A DNA stretch of 33,006 nt, taken from positions 21,547,909 through 21,580,914 of the forward strand of contig NC_068990.1 in the NCBI RefSeq assembly GCF_001194135.2, in the 5' to 3' direction. Origin of the DNA: Octopus bimaculoides. Its lineage: Eukaryota. Position 1 is the first letter of the stretch. The number at the start of each line of letters is the position of its first letter. Shown one piece after another: positions 9,603-21,966 of the stretch. Both the position numbers and the translations under genes were made by a program. The notes below the pieces were generated by a model. It was not told the DNA's origin. It saw only the letters and a list, made by a program, of their open reading frames with translations, and made no database searches.

Positions 9603-9939
9603 ATCACGATGTGTATGTACGTGTGTATGTATAAATATATATGTAAAGGCGGCGTGTGTTCTCACAAAGAAACACACGGACACTGAAATATATTTTGAAG
9701 GAAAAACTATAGAAAGAAAGAAAGAAAATATTCAGGAGGAGTGGACTGAATGAAGAAGTAGCAGCAGCAATAGCAGCAGCTATGTGACTAGGTGCTGAGT
9801 AATTCTTATTATTATAACTATATCATTATATAGAAAACATAGGGGTTATCCGTAATTGATAGCAACAACTAGTGCGTGGCTTTCGATTTATCCTCTTGGT
9901 AATATATATTATTTATATATTATATATATACGAATTTAT

Positions 9940-9989
<50 letters not shown>

Positions 9990-11599
9990 TTACCGGGGAC
10001 CTAAGGTCTTTTTATAGCTTTGTTTGTATTCAGGCTCGATGTTTTATTGTAGAAAGTTTAAGTTGCTATATATAAATATATGTCTGTTTATCCAACACTA
10101 TTTTTGAGAGTGTATAAAGGTATGGTCTAAATAATGAAATGTATATATTTACTATAACTGTGTGCTTTGATTGAGAAGCCAATATCTATATATATATACA
10201 TATACATATATATATAGTATTTGCTGTCACCAATGAATGGAAAGTAAGCAAATATATTTCTTTGTTTTATAATTTTTTTCGTGTAGCCTGTTTGATGGTT
10301 GTTTACAATAAAGTTAAACTGCTTAAAAATTCACAATTACCTCCGTTAATATATATATATATGTAAACTTATATATCCTTGACTCAAAAGACATCAGGTG
10401 TAAAATAACCGTTTGAAATTAAGCAATTTCTTACTTGCGTGCTTAGAGTCATACGCCGTCGGAAGACAGGTAAAAGAAAAGGTCGGTAGTTCGAATCTCA
10501 GTGATCCACTTGAAAGGAAAACTGACGTTTTTTGTTTGCTTTTCTTTTTTTTTTTAGATTTAAAATTTTAAAGAATCCAGTTCGGTGAAATTTTCTTCAC
10601 TTTGGTAAGATCCATCTTTAGAGTCCAATAGACGTATTATTTAACTTTGTACTTTCGTTTTTTGTTGGTGCGTCATTTCTTCGTTGGCATTAAGGTACAG
10701 TTAATATATAAACATATATTTATATATATATATATATGAATGCAAAGAATCACAGATTAAATTAACATCAAAGTGGAAAACCGTAAATTATTTCAAATAA
10801 TATTCACCCTCGTATTCAGCATTCAAACGTTAGCACGCACGCACACACACTCACATGTGTATACAATTATTGGTCGAGTTATTGCTTCCTACTGGCTGAG
10901 CGGTTCATTATTATTTCCAGGTGATTGTCTTGAAATGGCAAAACCAAAATTGAATCCGGAAAGAAAATATAAAGAATTATTTTTGGTTTTTAAACAACAC
11001 AGTAATTGTTCGTCTGCTGTATAATTTTTTCCCTCTTTCTCTCTTCTTTCTTTTCGATTTTTCCCAAATATCACTGGGAGAGTTATTGTAACAAACACAA
11101 AAGCGATGAAGAACGGTACATATTATATATTATATACATATATAATATGTATAATATGAGAAGGTCCTTATAGGGTGGTCGCAGCAAGTCCAGTTAGTTT
11201 ATAAACTGCAGTTGAAAAATATGTATATAAAAAAAAGTTTGCCTTCGATCAGTAAAAATCGTCTTGTTTTGTCTGACTGACTGCCTGAGTGACGGACTAG
11301 CACTGACTAAAGATAGCTTGGTTTAACGAGAAAAAGAAGAAAGAGGTGAGAAGTAGGTGGAGTGTATTCTCTCTTGTACCGAGTATGTGTCTTTCTCCCT
11401 TGGTGTCTGGGGAGTTTTTGTCAGTGAGCAAGTCGAGTCTTAGTTTAGTTGTTAAATCCGGGCCTGCGCTTTTCTTGACAACGACAACAGTAATGAATCG
11501 AGTCTTGTGTGTGAATGAGTTTGAATTGAGATAGAAGGGAGAAAGTAAGAGTGTGGTAGATGAATAGATTGATCGATAGATGGGGATTTAAATAGATAG

Positions 11600-11790
11600 A
11601 TAGAAAGAAAGCGATAAGAGGGAGGGCGCTTTTATAATATAAACCAAGCTACGGTACAACAGTGCGTCTGGCTGGCGAAAAGCGTTCTAACAATGAGAGG
11701 CGGTATTTGATAAAACAACAACGCGAACAATAGAATGACAAATATTAAACAAAAATAGAGCTTCTCCTCTTACTCCCACTCCCTTTGTCG
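11600..11790 (-). promoter_or_regulatory. Candidate distal TATA promoter with clustered Sox sites
   Basis: TATAAAAGCGCCC on the minus strand (TATA 11636-11629). Sox motifs AACAATG 11689-11695, AACAATAG 11726-11733 and CTTTGTC 11783-11789 lie just upstream. The downstream minus-strand sequence has no ATG for about 465 nt. Confidence 0.4.
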
Positions 11791-12127
11791 CTATTCTTCC
11801 TCCTCCTCCCCCTCCTCGTTTTACCACTTTTGTTTACTCCTACTCCTTCTACCCCTTCCTATTTCTTTTCTTTGGTGGGGGGGGTGCTTTTGTTCACTTG
11901 CTCCTCCCGCTCCTACTTGCGAAAATATTAAGGAAAGTGAGAGGAGGAGGGAGACAGAGAGAGAGAGAGAAAGAAAGAATGATAATAGGTATTGAAATAG
12001 AAAATGAGTGGCGGGGAGAGAATGAGAAATAAAGAAAGAGAAAGGGAGAGAATTTGATAATAATTGAAGAGAATACATGTATAGGTTTCTCCGTATATAA
12101 CATGTATATGAGTGTGTGTGTCTATAC

Positions 12128-12163
<36 letters not shown>

Positions 12164-13081
12164 ACGAACTTGTGTGGTAGCAGTTTGTACTATATAGTAT
12201 GCTTAGAGAAAGATAATAAAAGCGAACAAGAATGAGAAGAATAAGTAGGTAGGCAATTACAGAAGGAGTGTGAGGTGAAGTAGGAGGTTGAACAAAAGAA
12301 GACGGGTGGAGGGAAAAGAAAAGGAAAAGGGGGAGTTGGCGATGAAGAGGAGGAGTTAAAAGGAGTTAAGTTATTATTAAAATACACACAAAACAGAATG
12401 AATGCGTGCGTGTGTTTCTCTGTGTGTGTGTGTCTGTGTTTGTTGGTGTTTGTGTGCGAGTGTGTTGAATGTTTTATGCGTAAAAAGTACACAAATACAC
12501 ACACACACATTCGTGTGTGTGTGTATTTGTGTAGCAGAGAGAGAGAGAGAGAGAGATAGAAAGTAGAATGGAAGGAGAAAAAAAGAGAGCATGAAAAAAG
12601 AAAAACGATTGACAGAAAGCTGCATATTAATTGAATATGAATTGAAAAAAAAACGTAGGATCACACATGTGTATGTATGTATGTATGTATGTATGTATGT
12701 ATGTATATTTGTGTGTCTATGTATGTTTGTGTGTGTGTGTGTGAATGTTTGTGTTTATTTGTGTGTGTGTCTGTGTTCTTTTAATGAATCTAGTCACTGG
12801 ACAAATGGTCTTCGAAGGTTTCTTAAAAACATGTTTCAAGTTTGGTATGGATTTCATCTGACTCTATTTGTCGACCCGCTACGTTCACGGATGGACACGT
12901 ACGAATGCAACATAAACAAGATCCCCACAACATGCGGCGATGCAAATCTAAAGAAACAAACGAAAATACAGACACACCCTAACACCTCCAGATATTTGCA
13001 TACCTTTCACACACAAATAAATGCTACATATAACGATGTTATATATTTATATTAGATATTACGCACATATGTATAATATGC

Positions 13082-13135
<54 letters not shown>

Positions 13136-13763
13136 NNNNNNNNNNNNNNNNNNNNNNNNNNNNNNNNNNNNNNNNNNNNNNNNNNNNNNNNNNNNNNNNN
13201 NNNNNNNNNNNNNNNNNNNNNNNNNNNNNNNNNNNNNNNNNNNNNNNNNNNNNNNNNNNNNNNNNNNNNNNNNNNNNNNNNNNNNNNNNNNNNNNNNNNN
13301 NNNNNNNNNNNNNNNNNNNNNNNNNNNNNNNNNNNNNNNNNNNNNNNNNNNNNNNNNNNNNNNNNNNNNNNNNNNNNNNNNNNNNNNNNNNNNNNNNNNN
13401 NNNNNNNNNNNNNNNNNNNNNNNNNNNNNNNNNNNNNNNNNNNNNNNNNNNNNNNNNNNNNNNNNNNNNNNNNNNNNNNNNNNNNNNNNNNNNNNNNNNN
13501 NNNNNNNNNNNNNNNNNNNNNNNNNNNNNNNNNNNNNNNNNNNNNNNNNNNNNNNNNNNNNNNNNNNNNNNNNNNNNNNNNNNNNNNNNNNNNNNNNNNN
13601 NNNNNNNNNNNNNNNNNNNNNNNNNNNNNNNNNNNNNNNNNNNNNNNNNNNNNNNNNNNNNNNNNNNNNNNNNNNNNNNNNNNNNNNNNNNNNNNNNNNN
13701 NNNNNNNNNNNNNNNNNNNNNNNNNNNNNNNNNNNNNNNNNNNNNNNNNNNNNNNNNNNNNNN

Positions 13764-13818
<55 letters not shown>

Positions 13819-13990
13819 CATGCATACAAGCATATTCATACACAAATACATACACACATACACGACAGGATTTTACATAGTTTCCACCTGCCAGATCCGA
13901 CCCAAAATATATAGGGCAATCCGAGTTGCGTCGTCGGATCGAATCCAGTAGCACGTGGACGAGACGTGGGCTGCTTAACAACACATAGGT
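13764..13990 (-). mobile_element. SINE family B, minus strand, running into a gap
   Basis: Reverse complement gives head ..GTGTTGTTAAGCAG..CCACGTG..GGATTCGATCC and GGATCTGGCAGGTGGAAACT..CCTGTCGTGTATG, followed by the internal microsatellite. Confidence 0.55.
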
Positions 13991-14121
13991 GCTAAAATCT
14001 GTACATCTTGAGGAATTAAAACACTTAACATTCACCCAGAGAAATCTACAATAATGAGAAAAAGAAATCGAAAATATGTAGGAATAAGTGTAATTATTTG
14101 TATAAGGGTACGTATGTATTA

Positions 14122-14330
14122 AGGTGGTGAACTGGCGAAATCGCTAACATGGCGGCCAAAATGCGTATCGGCATTTCCTCCGGCGCTTTACGTCCTGAGT
14201 TCAAATCCCGCCGAAGTCAATTTAGCCTGTTATCATTTCGGTGTCGATAAAATAGAGTATCAATCAAGTACTGAGGTTGATGTGATCGATTTGTCCCCTT
14301 CCCGCCTCCAAATTGGTGACTTTGATTCCT
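14122..14330 (+). mobile_element. tRNA-derived SINE, family A
   Basis: A-box-like TGGCGAAATCG near 14133, B-box GTTCAAATCC 14199-14208, then a CCT..CAT..TTCGG.GTCGATAAAAT central segment that I recall from octopus SINEs. A second degenerate copy lies at 24529. Confidence 0.75.
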
Positions 14331-14692
14331 GTATCTGACTGGCGTCCCGTTTTGAGGAGCTTGTGATTTTCGGTTACATAAACGCCATGTTAACCGGGAG
14401 ATTGGGTAACGAGCATTTTGAATTCTGGGGCTCAAAAATAAAAATAAAAAATCAAACTGTTTTTGAGTGAATGAAGAAGAAATAGAATAGGAGTGAAACG
14501 ATGGGTAGGACATGGGGAAGTTGAAAGACCATATTTCGGAACGTCAACAAGATTATGTATATGTATACAAACACACACACACACATACATACATACATAC
14601 ATACATACAAACATACATACATACATACATGCGTATATGTTTGTTGATAAGTGAAATGAACGAACTTCACAGCCGATTAATAAATATAGACA

Positions 14693-14819
14693 CTTCCCAA
14701 TCACATGGTTCCGGGTTCAGTTCCGCTGCGTGACACCTTGGGCAGGTTTTTTCTACAAGCCTTGAGCCGACCAAAGTCTTGTGAGTGGATTTGGTAGATG
14801 GAAACTGAAGGAAGGCCGT

Positions 14820-14918
<99 letters not shown>

Positions 14919-14963
14919 ATATACACACCTGTCTTTGTCTTTTGTTTTTCTGTAAATTCCAGC

Positions 14964-14994
<31 letters not shown>

Positions 14995-15200
14995 TTATTT
15001 ATATGTGTGTCTCTGTGCTTGTCCCTCCACCATCGCTTAACCACCGATGTTGGTTTGTTTACTTTCCCGTAACTTACCGGTTAGGCAAAAGGAACCGATA
15101 ACATAAGTACTAGGCTTGCAAAGAATAAGTCCTGGCGTCGATTTGTTCGGCTAAAGGCGGTGCTCCAGCATGTCCGCAGTCAACTGACTGAAACAAATAA
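14693..15200 (+). mobile_element. SINE family B (tRNA/CORE-like), near full length
   Basis: CACATGGTTCCGGGTTCAG..ACCTTGGGCAG (CORE-like CCTTGGGCAAG)..GTGGATTTGGTAGATGGAAACTG..(TA)n..GTCGATTTGTTCGGCTAAAGGCGGTGCTCCAGCATG..GACTGAAACAA. Multiple homologous copies occur in the window. Confidence 0.85.
14924..14963 (+). mobile_element. 3' fragment of the same (TA)n-embedded element, nested in a SINE-internal microsatellite
   Basis: ACACCTGTCTTTGTCTTTTGTTTTTCTGTAAATTCCAGC(TA)n resembles ACACCTCCTGTCCTCGTCTGTTGTTATTATTTGTATATTCTCCC(AT)n at 1917-1960. Confidence 0.4.
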
Positions 15201-15273
15201 ATGGATAAATGAATGATGCTTTTGCATGGATTTCGTTTTCTACTTTTGGTTCCTGGAAGTTTTTGTCTGGCTG

Positions 15274-15330
<57 letters not shown>

Positions 15331-15566
15331 ACATACATACATACATACATACATACATACATACACACATGTATACATACGTACGCATGAACAAATACAT
15401 ACACATATGCATACACATATACATACAGATAAGGACGAGGTAGGAAGAATATCACAGAAATGGAGGAAGTGAACTAGAATAAATAATGGTAAATTGATAC
15501 AAACAAATTCTGAATGTATTCATTTAATTATTTCACTCTTTAAACAGTCTCAGAATTTATACAGTT

Positions 15567-15608
<42 letters not shown>

Positions 15609-15711
15609 ATACCTCTCACACATACAAACACATGCACACACAATACACATACATTATATATTTATACAAATATATATGTATACACACACACACAAACACA
15701 CTCATATATGA

Positions 15712-15760
15712 TGGTGCTCCAGCATGACCCCTGTTGCATGTCTGAAACGGGTAAAAGAAT
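15712..15760 (+). mobile_element. 3' fragment of SINE family B
   Basis: GGTGCTCCAGCATGACC..CTGAAACGGGTAAAAGA matches the 3' end of other copies. Confidence 0.55.
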
Positions 15761-15798
15761 ATATATATATACACGTGTGTGTGTGTGTGTGTGTGTAT

Positions 15799-15844
<46 letters not shown>

Positions 15845-16504
15845 NNNNNNNNNNNNNNNNNNNNNNNNNNNNNNNNNNNNNNNNNNNNNNNNNNNNNNNN
15901 NNNNNNNNNNNNNNNNNNNNNNNNNNNNNNNNNNNNNNNNNNNNNNNNNNNNNNNNNNNNNNNNNNNNNNNNNNNNNNNNNNNNNNNNNNNNNNNNNNNN
16001 NNNNNNNNNNNNNNNNNNNNNNNNNNNNNNNNNNNNNNNNNNNNNNNNNNNNNNNNNNNNNNNNNNNNNNNNNNNNNNNNNNNNNNNNNNNNNNNNNNNN
16101 NNNNNNNNNNNNNNNNNNNNNNNNNNNNNNNNNNNNNNNNNNNNNNNNNNNNNNNNNNNNNNNNNNNNNNNNNNNNNNNNNNNNNNNNNNNNNNNNNNNN
16201 NNNNNNNNNNNNNNNNNNNNNNNNNNNNNNNNNNNNNNNNNNNNNNNNNNNNNNNNNNNNNNNNNNNNNNNNNNNNNNNNNNNNNNNNNNNNNNNNNNNN
16301 NNNNNNNNNNNNNNNNNNNNNNNNNNNNNNNNNNNNNNNNNNNNNNNNNNNNNNNNNNNNNNNNNNNNNNNNNNNNNNNTATATATATATATGCGCGAGC
16401 GTGTGTGTGTGTGTGTATACATACATCTATCTGTTTCTCTCTCACACACCGTTTATACATAAATATGCACAGATGTACCGACGCACACGCGAGCTTCAGC
16501 CAAT

Positions 16505-16625
16505 AACAGATGTCTCTGCCAGGTCATTAGACCTGCTAGAAATAGCACTCAAATCGCCTCCAAACACTATCAGCTCCTTTACCTTCAACTCCAAAAGACA
16601 TGCGGGATAATGTTATCATCCGATA
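16505..16625 (+). mobile_element. Retroposon 3' segment, family C, copy 1
   Basis: Core CTAGAAATAGCA at 16536-16547, shared with 16791 and 25948, with similar flanks. Confidence 0.5.
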
Positions 16626-16740
16626 TGTCCGTTAATAACAAACGGGCTGGTCACTTATAGAATATGTAACATTATAGATGGGAAAACAGTCACAAATACA
16701 CATGTATACATACGTACATACATATAGAGTTTTACACTAA

Positions 16741-17035
16741 ACACTTGTCCTACTGAAGGATCCCCTCCACATGACCGTTCGTTCGATCCGCTAGAAATAG
16801 CAACCGAGTTTTCATTTAAATAGGACCCTGTTTTATTATATAAGGGCACTGCAGATAAACTAAAAGTAGTCCTTCTAAATATAACCCCTACACACACACA
16901 CACGCACAACAAAACAGAATGAAGAGGCCGTGGCTGGAACGCTTTTTAGAATCGGTATTGGTGGTGTCCAAAGGTCTGGACTGCTCTGCTCGATCAGGCT
17001 TGACCCCTTGAGGCAGCCAAACAAAAACAAACAAC
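16741..17035 (+). mobile_element. Retroposon 3' segment, family C, copy 2, ending in a (CAA)/(CTA)n tail
   Basis: CTAGAAATAGCA at 16791-16802, then GTGGCTGGAACGC..CTGCTCGATCAGGCTTGACC..AAACAACAAC leading into a trinucleotide tail. Confidence 0.5.
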
Positions 17036-17036
17036 A

Positions 17037-17037
<1 letters not shown>

Positions 17038-17120
<83 letters not shown>
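17038..17120. repeat. (CTA)n/(CCA)n trinucleotide microsatellite
   Basis: Direct reading. Confidence 0.99.
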
Positions 17121-17121
<1 letters not shown>

Positions 17122-18163
17122 GTATTGTTTTTAGAGTGATGCAACTTGTACGGAGTCGAACATAAATGTGGCGGCGGCGGCGGCGGCGGTGGTAGTGACG
17201 GTGTTGGTGGTAGTAGAGTGGTAGTGATGAGGTATGTGGTAGACGCGGTACTAGTGTTACNNNNNNNNNNNNNNNNNNNNNNNNNNNNNNNNNNNNNNNN
17301 NNNNNNNNNNNNNNNNNNNNNNNNNNNNNNNNNNNNNNNNNNNNNNNNNNNNNNNNNNNNNNNNNNNNNNNNNNNNNNNNNNNNNNNNNNNNNNNNNNNN
17401 NNNNNNNNNNNNNNNNNNNNNNNNNNNNNNNNNNNNNNNNNNNNNNNNNNNNNNNNNNNNNNNNNNNNNNNNNNNNNNNNNNNNNNNNNNNNNNNNNNNN
17501 NNNNNNNNNNNNNNNNNNNNNNNNNNNNNNNNNNNNNNNNNNNNNNNNNNNNNNNNNNNNNNNNNNNNNNNNNNNNNNNNNNNNNNNNNNNNNNNNNNNN
17601 NNNNNNNNNNNNNNNNNNNNNNNNNNNNNNNNNNNNNNNNNNNNNNNNNNNNNNNNNNNNNNNNNNNNNNNNNNNNNNNNNNNNNNNNNNNNNNNNNNNN
17701 NNNNNNNNNNNNNNNNNNNNNNNNNNNNNNNNNNNNNNNNNNNNNNNNNNNNNNNNNNNNNNNNNNNNNNNNNNNNNNNNNNNNNNNNNNNNNNNNNNNN
17801 NNNNNNNNNNNNNNNNNNNNNNNNNNNNNNNNNNNNNNNNNNNNNNNNNNNNNNNNNNNNNNNNNNNNNNNNNNNNNNNNNNNNNNNNNNNNNNNNNNNN
17901 NNNNNNNNNNNNNNNNNNNNNNNNNNNNNNNNNNNNNNNNNNNNNNNNNNNNNNNNNNNNNNNNNNNNNNNNNNNNNNNNNNNNNNNNNNNNNNNNNNNN
18001 NNNNNGGTGGTGGTGGTGGCGGTGATGGCGGCGGTGGCGGAATGGCGCAAAGGAACTGACGTCCATGGAATTACTATCGGTAATAGAACGATTGATATGA
18101 AAATATATCTTCCATAGCCGTACTTTACAGGTGAGAGGTTTTATCTATAAAAATTCATCTCTG

Positions 18164-18194
<31 letters not shown>

Positions 18195-19173
18195 ATGTAT
18201 AAATCTAAGTATGTATGTATGTATTTGATTATATATATGTGTGTGTTTGTATTTGTATGAGTGTTTCGTATCTGTGTGTACGCATGTTTGTGTTTATGTG
18301 TATGTATGTATAATATTCATACACGTTTCTCTTTATTTACATTCCTTGTTTTAAACTTGTGTAAAAACAACGTGTAAATCTATATAACCATTATTAATAT
18401 ATTTATATATTTATATAATAATATTTGTTTATTTCAGTATTATGTTTATATTAAATAGATTTTATTGCCGATGTACCGCTTGCTCTCTGATTGTCATTAT
18501 TTTCTGTTTTCTTTTTCTTGTTATATACATAAACATGTCTATTTATTGTGTAAAGTCTCATTCTTCAGATGAGCGTGTATATAAACGCTTCCATGTTTAC
18601 AGGTGCATACATACACATACACATACACATACACTCTCACACACAAACACACATATATACGCATTCATATTTCTTTCTATGTATGAGGTCTCGTGTATAT
18701 TTGTAAATATTTATTAATCGTTCATATACATACATGGTTGTATGAAATATGCTTTCGCTCTGTTGCGATGACAATATGAGGCCTGCTTTGAACAGATCAA
18801 CTATGAAGTTTCTTGAAAATTTCGTAAACAATACTGTCCATATTCGTACACATATGTCTATACATCTCTATCTCGCTGTCTTTCTGTCTGTCTGTTTGTC
18901 TGTCAATCTCTCTTTCTCTTCGCACAAACACGCGCACACAGACGCACATGCACGCAGACACACACAAACACACACACAAACACACACGCAAGCACACACA
19001 GACACACACACACATACACCTTTCTGGCTTACTTTACATGTATGTAGTATGTCTGTCTGTATGTATGTATGTATGTGTGTGTGTCTTTCTGTCTATCCGT
19101 TTATCTATCAATATATGTATTTATAAATGTATATATGTATCCGTACAGACACGAACACACACACATACACACA

Positions 19174-19211
<38 letters not shown>

Positions 19212-19564
19212 TACACGTTATTAATAAAACTGCAAAGACATCACAAAAACTCTGAGTATATANNNNNNNNNNNNNNNNNNNNNNNNNNNNNNNNNNNNNN
19301 NNNNNNNNNNNNNNNNNNNNNNNNNNNNNNNNNNNNNNNNNNNNNNNNNNNNNNNNNNNNNNNNNNNTATATATATATATATATATATATATCGCACGGA
19401 AGATTGGTCGTGGAAGTGAAATCAAATAAACAACTAACCAAGCAATTTCACCAATGCCTGTACCCTAGCATAAAACCACAACCTCTTGTTGAAACAAGTT
19501 AAAGTGAAACTGTGTGTGTATGAATATAACTGTGTTTGTATGCATGCGTCTATATATGTACATA

Positions 19565-19601
<37 letters not shown>

Positions 19602-20024
19602 GCATGCATGTCCTACAATGTATGTATGCATGTATGTATGTATGTCATTATTCAGTTGCATTTCAAGATGTCTTGCCAATAGAAAAAGATCCGGTTTCTA
19701 ACCTAGATCCGAGGGTCCTTCAATGGAATTTCTGCATCAACAACAGAGTATGTATGTATGTATGTATGTATGTATGTATGTATGTATGTATCCTTTTCGT
19801 GGTTTCAGTTAAGGGACAACGGCTGGAGATTAACTCATCGCATTACTGAGTCCAGTAGTTATCTCAGTCTGGAGCATATTTTATCGATTGCTGTATGTCA
19901 GAATTGCAGTATATAAAAGATATATGTGCAGTTATGTAGTTTTTATTTTATTCATCTTGGTGTCAGAACGCATACACACACACACACACACACACACAGG
20001 ATATAATGTCCATGNNNNNNNNNN

Positions 20025-20089
<65 letters not shown>

Positions 20090-20416
20090 TTACATGCGCA
20101 GAGGCGCGCACGCATTGAGGCTCGTATGCACGCACGCACGTACACTCACAGGTATACACGCACGCACGCAAAGATGAATGCGCACATGCATATGTTCTGT
20201 TTACTAATCCCTATCCACAAGGTAATTTATCACCCAACGGCAGCTCTTAAGGTACAGTGCAGTGGTATTAGACACGGACTCATGAGACAAGCCTGCACCT
20301 AGAAAACACACATACATATATACGTACATATATCTATGTATATTTATATATATAGATAAATATGTGCATATATATATGCATATATTCATGTATACACACA
20401 CATACACACATACACA

Positions 20417-20514
<98 letters not shown>

Positions 20515-21754
20515 NNNNNNNNNNNNNNNNNNNNNNNNNNNNNNNNNNNNNNNNNNNNNNNNNNNNNNNNNNNNNNNNNNNNNNNNNNNNNNNNNNNNNN
20601 NNNNNNNNNNNNNNNNNNNNNNNNNNNNNNNNNNNNNNNNNNNNNNNNNNNNNNNNNNNNNNNNNNNNNNNNNNNNNNNNNNNNNNNNNNNNNNNNNNNN
20701 NNNNNNNNNNNNNNNNNNNNNNNNNNNNNNNNNNNNNNNNNNNNNNNNNNNNNNNNNNNNNNNNNNNNNNNNNNNNNNNNNNNNNNNNNNNNNNNNNNNN
20801 NNNNNNNNNNNNNNNNNNNNNNNNNNNNNNNNNNNNNNNNNNNNNNNNNNNNNNNNNNNNNNNNNNNNNNNNNNNNNNNNNNNNNNNNNNNNNNNNNNNN
20901 NNNNNNNNNNNNNNNNNNNNNNNNNNNNNNNNNNNNNNNNNNNNNNNNNNNNNNNNNNNNNNNNNNNNNNNNNNNNNNNNNNNNNNNNNNNNNNNNNNNN
21001 NNNNNNNNNNNNNNNNNNNNNNNNNNNNNNNNNNNNNNNNNNNNNNNNNNNNNNNNNNNNNNNNNNNNNNNNNNNNNNNNNNNNNNNNNNNNNNNNNNNN
21101 NNNNNNNNNNNNNNNNNNNNNNNNNNNNNNNNNNNNNNNNNNNNNNNNNNNNNNNNNNNNNNNNNNNNNNNNNNNNNNTATATATATACATATGTATATA
21201 TTTATATATATATGTGTGTGCATATATGTATGTATATGTATATATATATATATATATCTGTATATATATATAAATATATACATACATGCTTATATATATT
21301 TATATAGGCATGTGCATACATATATATAAATATATATACATTGTACACGTTCACATACATACACACACACACATGCATACATATATATGCGTGTATATAT
21401 GTACTGTATGTATGAATATATTTGTATGTGTATTTCTATACACCGTAATTGAAATGACGGGGCGTGAGGCATCCATCAGCTGATATACTTTATAACTCAT
21501 TGTGCCATATCACTAACAGTGACAGAAATTTAATGCACCTTATATATTTCTTACTTCGTGACCCCCTATATGATCTCGTATAAAATGAAACCCTTAGCTT
21601 TTGTACCTGAAAGTATCTGATATTATTTAATTCTTTTATTCTTGCTTTTAAACTGAAATAACTAAGGTAGGCCAGAATTCTGAGTTTGATATCTTGTAAG
21701 AAATTTTTCGCATTTTATACGTAATTCTTTATGAATTATGTTGTTTCATAGTCA

Positions 21755-21922
21755 CAGACATGGCTGTGTAGTTAAGAAACTAGCTTTGCAACCACGGGGT
21801 TTTGTGTTCAGTCCCAGTGTGTGGTATATTGGGCAAATGTCTTGTAGTATAACCCCAGGCCGTCTAATGCTTTTGGATAGAATTTGGTAAACGAAATAAT
21901 ATGTAATGTGTGGAGGGCCGTC

Positions 21923-21966
<44 letters not shown>

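Noticed and set aside
14122-14215. tRNA gene or CRISPR-like interpretation of repeated A/B-box sequences
   Set aside because: No cloverleaf and no regular repeat-spacer array; the sequences continue into SINE bodies, and the DNA is eukaryotic.
16930-17139. Poly-Leu ORF resembling a signal or transmembrane peptide
   Set aside because: Translation of the (CTA)n tail of a retroposon fragment.
19660-19790. Complex sequence ending in (TATG)n, possibly a retroelement tail
   Set aside because: Only one copy in the window, so repeat status cannot be supported from the sequence alone.
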